DNA from: Mycobacterium tuberculosis H37Rv
GTDB lineage: Bacteria; Actinomycetota; Actinomycetes; Mycobacteriales; Mycobacteriaceae
Reading direction: 5' to 3'
Assembly: GCF_000195955.2 (NCBI RefSeq)
Contig: NC_000962.3
Coordinates: 1,620,001-1,652,000 of the forward strand
Length of the DNA: 32,000 bases
The notes under the pieces: generated by a model
What the model saw: only the letters and a program-made list of their open reading frames with translations
Told to the model about the DNA's origin: nothing
Databases searched by the model: none
Shown: piece after piece, positions 26,186 through 32,000 of the stretch
How the letters are laid out: each line of letters begins with the position of its first letter
How positions within the stretch are numbered: the first letter of the stretch is position 1
Position numbers and translations under genes: made by a program

Positions 26186-26992
26186 GTGACCAGCACAACC
26201 CTGCCGCATAGGGCATCCCTGGTAGACCGATCAACGGAATTTTGTCACACTGATGTTGTGAAAATCCCGGCGGTCTCTACCACTGTCCCCGCGGCAGTCT
26301 CGGACGGTCACACTCGTCGGGCCATTGTGCGCTTGCTGCTGGAATCCGGATCGATCACCGCCGGCGAGATCGGTGACCGGCTGGGCCTGTCGGCCGCCGG
26401 TGTGCGGCGTCATCTGGACGCGCTGATCGAGGCGGGTGACGCGGAAGCGTCGGCGGCCGCGCCGTGGCAGCAGGTGGGACGCGGGCGGCCCGCCAAGCGC
26501 TACCGGCTGACCGCGGCCGGCCGGGCCAAGCTCGACCACTCCTATGACGACCTGGCGTCGGCGGCCATGCGGCAGCTGCGGGAGATCGGCGGCGAGGAGG
26601 CGGTGCGGACGTTTGCCCGGCGCCGTATCGACGCCATCCTGGCCGACGTCGCGCCGGCCGACGGTCCCGACGACGCCGCGCTCGAGGCGGCCGCCGAGCG
26701 GATCGCAACGGCGCTCAGCAAAGCCGGCTACGTCGCCACCACCACGCGGGTGGGCGGGCCGATTCACGGTGTGCAAATCTGCCAGCACCATTGCCCGGTA
26801 TCCCATGTCGCCGAGGAATTCCCCGAATTGTGCGAAACCGAGCAGCAGGCCATGGCCGAGGTGCTCGGCACCCACGTCCAGCGGTTGGCGACCATCGTCA
26901 ACGGAGACTGCGCCTGCACCACCCACGTACCCCTGTCGCCGGCGCCCAGCCCGCGCCCACCCGCCACCAGCACCGAAGGAGCGTCCCGATGA
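26186..26992 (+). CDS. sufR: Fe-S-cluster-sensing transcriptional repressor of the suf operon (winged HTH plus C-terminal Cys cluster)
   Basis: The wHTH segment is RRAIVRLLLESGSITAGEIGDRLGLSAAGVRRHLDALIEAGD. C-terminal cysteines are present (ICQHHCPVSHV...ELCE...GDCAC). The TGA at 26990-26992 overlaps the sufB ATG. The start is uncertain: 26186 (GTG) is the conventional call, but the operator-like repeat at 26245-26265 lies downstream of it. GTG 26258 is a plausible true start. Confidence 0.8.
   Translation: MTSTTLPHRASLVDRSTEFCHTDVVKIPAVSTTVPAAVSDGHTRRAIVRLLLESGSITAGEIGDRLGLSAAGVRRHLDALIEAGDAEASAAAPWQQVGRGRPAKRYRLTAAGRAKLDHSYDDLASAAMRQLREIGGEEAVRTFARRRIDAILADVAPADGPDDAALEAAAERIATALSKAGYVATTTRVGGPIHGVQICQHHCPVSHVAEEFPELCETEQQAMAEVLGTHVQRLATIVNGDCACTTHVPLSPAPSPRPPATSTEGASR
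26245..26265. promoter_or_regulatory. Candidate SufR operator: inverted repeat TCACA-N7-TGTGA with A/T-rich flanks (ATTTTGTCACA...TGTGAAAAT)
   Basis: TCACA (26245-26249) and TGTGA (26257-26261) are reverse complements. The same bases can be read as ACACT-N5-TGTGA, which I recall as the published M. tuberculosis SufR footprint motif. That recollection is unverified here. Confidence 0.55.
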
Positions 26993-29529
26993 CACTCACC
27001 CCAGAGGCCAGCAAGAGCGTTGCCCAGCCCCCGACCCAGGCTCCCCTGACCCAGGAAGAGGCGATCGCGTCGCTGGGCCGGTACGGCTACGGCTGGGCGG
27101 ACTCCGACGTCGCGGGTGCCAACGCGCAGCGCGGGCTTTCCGAGGCGGTGGTCCGCGACATCTCCGCGAAGAAGAACGAGCCCGATTGGATGCTGCAGTC
27201 GCGGCTGAAGGCGCTGCGCATTTTCGACCGCAAGCCCATTCCGAAGTGGGGCTCCAACCTCGATGGCATCGATTTCGACAACATCAAGTACTTCGTGCGC
27301 TCCACCGAGAAGCAGGCCGCGAGCTGGGATGATTTGCCAGAGGACATCCGCAACACCTACGACCGGTTGGGAATCCCGGAGGCCGAGAAGCAGAGATTAG
27401 TAGCTGGAGTAGCCGCACAATACGAAAGTGAAGTTGTATATCACCAGATCAGAGAGGATCTGGAGGCTCAAGGAGTCATATTTTTAGACACTGATACTGG
27501 TTTGCGAGAACACCCGGATATTTTCAAGGAATATTTCGGTACAGTAATCCCTGCCGGCGATAATAAGTTTTCTGCATTGAATACTGCAGTTTGGAGTGGT
27601 GGGTCCTTTATTTACGTCCCGCCCGGTGTTCACGTCGACATTCCGCTGCAGGCCTACTTCCGAATCAACACCGAGAACATGGGCCAGTTCGAGCGGACGC
27701 TGATCATCGCCGATGAGGGCTCTTACGTGCACTACGTAGAGGGCTGCCTGCCCGCCGGCGAGCTCATCACGACCGCCGACGGCGATTTGCGGCCCATCGA
27801 GTCGATTCGCGTCGGTGACTTCGTCACCGGCCACGACGGGCGGCCACACCGCGTCACCGCTGTACAGGTGCGTGACCTCGATGGCGAGCTGTTCACCTTC
27901 ACACCGATGTCGCCTGCCAACGCATTCTCTGTCACCGCCGAGCACCCCCTTCTCGCTATTCCCCGCGACGAGGTGCGTGTTATGCGGAAGGAACGCAATG
28001 GGTGGAAGGCTGAAGTCAACAGCACCAAGCTGCGTAGCGCCGAGCCGCGATGGATCGCGGCGAAGGATGTGGCCGAGGGTGACTTCCTGATCTACCCCAA
28101 GCCGAAGCCGATCCCCCACAGGACGGTTTTGCCGCTCGAGTTTGCGCGCCTGGCGGGCTACTACCTGGCGGAGGGTCACGCGTGTCTCACCAATGGCTGT
28201 GAGTCGCTGATCTTCTCGTTCCACAGCGATGAGTTCGAGTACGTCGAGGATGTGCGCCAAGCGTGCAAGTCGCTGTACGAGAAGTCGGGATCGGTATTGA
28301 TCGAGGAGCACAAGCATTCGGCGCGCGTCACCGTGTACACGAAGGCGGGCTATGCGGCGATGCGCGACAACGTCGGCATTGGATCGTCGAATAAGAAGCT
28401 GTCGGATCTGTTGATGCGTCAAGACGAGACGTTCTTGCGTGAGCTGGTCGACGCCTATGTGAATGGAGACGGCAACGTCACGCGCCGTAACGGGGCGGTG
28501 TGGAAGCGGGTACATACGACATCGCGCCTCTGGGCGTTCCAGTTGCAGTCCATCCTGGCGCGTCTGGGTCACTACGCCACTGTTGAACTGCGCCGACCGG
28601 GCGGCCCTGGTGTGATCATGGGCCGCAACGTCGTTCGCAAGGACATCTACCAGGTGCAGTGGACCGAGGGCGGCCGCGGACCGAAGCAGGCCCGCGACTG
28701 CGGCGACTACTTTGCGGTGCCAATCAAGAAGCGAGCGGTCCGCGAAGCACATGAGCCCGTCTACAACCTCGATGTCGAGAATCCGGACAGCTACCTCGCC
28801 TACGGGTTCGCCGTGCACAACTGCACCGCACCGATCTACAAATCGGATTCATTGCACTCAGCGGTGGTCGAGATCATCGTGAAACCCCATGCGCGCGTGC
28901 GTTACACCACCATCCAGAACTGGTCGAACAACGTCTACAACCTGGTCACCAAGCGGGCCCGCGCCGAAGCCGGGGCCACCATGGAGTGGATCGACGGCAA
29001 CATCGGGTCCAAGGTGACCATGAAGTACCCGGCGGTCTGGATGACCGGCGAGCACGCCAAGGGCGAAGTGCTCTCGGTGGCGTTCGCCGGCGAAGACCAG
29101 CACCAGGACACCGGCGCCAAGATGCTGCACCTGGCGCCGAACACGTCGAGCAACATCGTGTCCAAGTCGGTGGCCCGCGGCGGCGGCCGCACCTCCTACC
29201 GTGGCCTGGTGCAGGTCAACAAGGGGGCGCATGGGTCGCGGTCCAGCGTGAAATGCGATGCGCTGCTGGTGGATACGGTCAGCCGCAGCGACACCTACCC
29301 CTACGTCGACATCCGCGAGGACGACGTCACCATGGGCCACGAGGCCACCGTGTCCAAGGTCAGCGAGAACCAGCTGTTCTACCTGATGAGCCGCGGGCTG
29401 ACCGAGGACGAGGCGATGGCGATGGTGGTGCGCGGCTTCGTCGAGCCGATCGCCAAGGAGCTGCCGATGGAGTACGCGCTGGAGCTCAACCGGCTGATCG
29501 AGCTGCAGATGGAGGGCGCGGTCGGATGA
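26989..29529 (+). CDS. sufB: Fe-S cluster assembly scaffold SufB, interrupted in frame by an intein (precursor 846 aa)
   Basis: The ATG at 26989 overlaps the sufR stop as ATGA. Conserved SufB blocks are present (FLDTDTGLREHPDIFKEYFGTVIP, NTAVWSGGSFIYVPPG, TIQNWSNNVYNLVTKRA, SKSVARGGGRTSYRG). The TGA at 29527-29529 overlaps the sufD ATG. Confidence 0.95.
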   Translation: MTLTPEASKSVAQPPTQAPLTQEEAIASLGRYGYGWADSDVAGANAQRGLSEAVVRDISAKKNEPDWMLQSRLKALRIFDRKPIPKWGSNLDGIDFDNIKYFVRSTEKQAASWDDLPEDIRNTYDRLGIPEAEKQRLVAGVAAQYESEVVYHQIREDLEAQGVIFLDTDTGLREHPDIFKEYFGTVIPAGDNKFSALNTAVWSGGSFIYVPPGVHVDIPLQAYFRINTENMGQFERTLIIADEGSYVHYVEGCLPAGELITTADGDLRPIESIRVGDFVTGHDGRPHRVTAVQVRDLDGELFTFTPMSPANAFSVTAEHPLLAIPRDEVRVMRKERNGWKAEVNSTKLRSAEPRWIAAKDVAEGDFLIYPKPKPIPHRTVLPLEFARLAGYYLAEGHACLTNGCESLIFSFHSDEFEYVEDVRQACKSLYEKSGSVLIEEHKHSARVTVYTKAGYAAMRDNVGIGSSNKKLSDLLMRQDETFLRELVDAYVNGDGNVTRRNGAVWKRVHTTSRLWAFQLQSILARLGHYATVELRRPGGPGVIMGRNVVRKDIYQVQWTEGGRGPKQARDCGDYFAVPIKKRAVREAHEPVYNLDVENPDSYLAYGFAVHNCTAPIYKSDSLHSAVVEIIVKPHARVRYTTIQNWSNNVYNLVTKRARAEAGATMEWIDGNIGSKVTMKYPAVWMTGEHAKGEVLSVAFAGEDQHQDTGAKMLHLAPNTSSNIVSKSVARGGGRTSYRGLVQVNKGAHGSRSSVKCDALLVDTVSRSDTYPYVDIREDDVTMGHEATVSKVSENQLFYLMSRGLTEDEAMAMVVRGFVEPIAKELPMEYALELNRLIELQMEGAVG
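27745..28821 (+). mobile_element. SufB (Pps1) intein, 359 codons, with a LAGLIDADG homing-endonuclease domain
   Basis: The extein junctions are YVHYVEG|CLPAGE... and ...YGFAVHN|CTAPIY, giving Cys1, a terminal His-Asn and a +1 Cys. The two LAGLIDADG blocks are LAGYYLAEG (28150-28176) and LVDAYVNGDG (28444-28473). Joining the exteins restores a continuous conserved SufB sequence. Confidence 0.92.
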
Positions 29530-30715
29530 CGGCTCCGGGACTGACAGCAGCCGTCGAGGGGATCGCACACAACAAGGGCGAGCTGTTCGCCTCCTTTGAC
29601 GTGGACGCGTTCGAGGTTCCGCACGGCCGCGACGAGATCTGGCGGTTCACCCCGTTGCGGCGGCTGCGTGGCCTGCACGACGGCTCCGCGCGGGCCACCG
29701 GTAGCGCCACGATCACGGTCAGCGAGCGGCCGGGCGTATACACCCAGACCGTGCGCCGCGGCGATCCACGACTGGGCGAGGGCGGCGTACCCACCGACCG
29801 CGTTGCCGCCCAAGCGTTTTCGTCGTTCAACTCCGCGACTCTGGTCACCGTCGAGCGCGACACCCAGGTCGTCGAGCCGGTAGGCATCACCGTGACCGGG
29901 CCGGGGGAGGGCGCGGTGGCCTATGGGCACCTGCAGGTGCGTATCGAGGAGCTTGGCGAGGCGGTCGTGGTCATCGACCACCGGGGCGGCGGAACCTACG
30001 CCGACAACGTCGAGTTCGTTGTCGACGACGCCGCTCGGCTGACCGCCGTGTGGATCGCCGACTGGGCCGACAACACCGTTCACCTCAGCGCGCACCATGC
30101 TCGGATCGGCAAGGACGCGGTGCTGCGCCACGTCACCGTCATGTTGGGCGGCGACGTGGTGCGAATGTCGGCGGGCGTGCGGTTCTGCGGTGCGGGTGGG
30201 GACGCGGAACTGCTGGGGCTGTATTTCGCCGACGACGGCCAGCACCTGGAGTCGCGGCTGCTGGTGGACCACGCCCACCCCGACTGCAAGTCGAACGTGC
30301 TGTATAAGGGTGCACTGCAAGGTGATCCGGCGTCGTCGTTGCCCGACGCACACACGGTCTGGGTGGGTGACGTGCTGATCCGTGCGCAGGCCACCGGCAC
30401 CGACACCTTCGAGGTGAACCGGAACCTGGTGCTCACCGACGGCGCGCGTGCCGACTCGGTGCCCAACCTGGAGATCGAGACCGGCGAGATCGTCGGCGCC
30501 GGACACGCCAGCGCCACCGGTCGCTTCGACGATGAGCAATTGTTCTACCTGCGTTCGCGCGGTATTCCCGAAGCACAGGCCCGCCGGCTGGTGGTCCGCG
30601 GCTTCTTCGGTGAGATCATCGCCAAGATCGCGGTGCCCGAGGTACGCGAGCGCCTGACCGCAGCCATCGAACACGAGCTGGAAATCACGGAATCAACGGA
30701 AAAGACAACAGTCTC

Positions 30716-30719
<4 letters not shown>
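29526..30719 (+). CDS. sufD: Fe-S cluster assembly protein SufD
   Basis: 397-aa ORF starting at ATG 29526 (ATGA overlap with the sufB stop). The C-terminal SufBD beta-helix region ends ...DDEQLFYLRSRGIPEAQARRLVVRGFF. The longer track ORF from 28986 is an out-of-frame run through sufB. Confidence 0.92.

Positions 30720-32000
<1,281 letters not shown>

Noticed and set aside
27484-30674. Antisense ORFs over the sufB intein and sufD (27484-28818 minus, 28858-29568 minus, 29379-30674 minus), and the 577-aa plus-strand ORF from 28986
   Set aside because: They have no motifs and overlap strongly supported genes. The 28986 ORF is an out-of-frame read through sufB that merely joins the sufD frame.

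Overview
The window is GC-rich actinobacterial chromosome. From gene order, PE_PGRS genes, MIRU repeats and the intein-containing SufB, I recognise it as the Mycobacterium tuberculosis complex region equivalent to Rv1442-Rv1464. This is recognition from memory, not a database hit.

Gene content, left to right:
- bisC (5' truncated), then two small conserved hypotheticals.
- The minus-strand pentose-phosphate operon tkt-tal-zwf2-opcA-devB.
- PE_PGRS27, ctaB (heme O synthase), PE_PGRS28.
- A PucR-type regulator, qor, and a hypothetical protein.
- ctaA (heme A synthase), an ABC-2 exporter pair, and the GT-C mannosyltransferase mptB.
- The Fe-S assembly operon sufR-sufB(intein)-sufD-sufC-sufS (3' truncated).

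Most of this is core, well-described metabolism. I see no convincing novel multi-gene defence or toxin-type system and do not claim one.

Observations that the plain gene list does not explain:
1. A sharp 222-nt AT-rich, rare-codon island inside sufB that changes codons but not the conserved protein.
2. A decayed ctaB relic next to tkt. With a 1260-bp near-identical PE_PGRS 5'/promoter repeat, it points to an old tandem duplication of a ctaB-PE_PGRS unit followed by gene conversion.
3. A 15-bp perfect palindrome carried in both promoter copies.
4. A SufR-box-like inverted repeat at sufR that lies inside the conventional sufR start, and related pieces upstream of ctaB.
5. MIRU units that form chained 18-codon mini-ORFs stitching neighbouring genes together by GTGA/ATGA overlaps.
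6. A short ICMT/PEMT-like gene relic and a possible small ORF in the Rv1443c-Rv1444c gap.

All counts are hand counts from the sequence.
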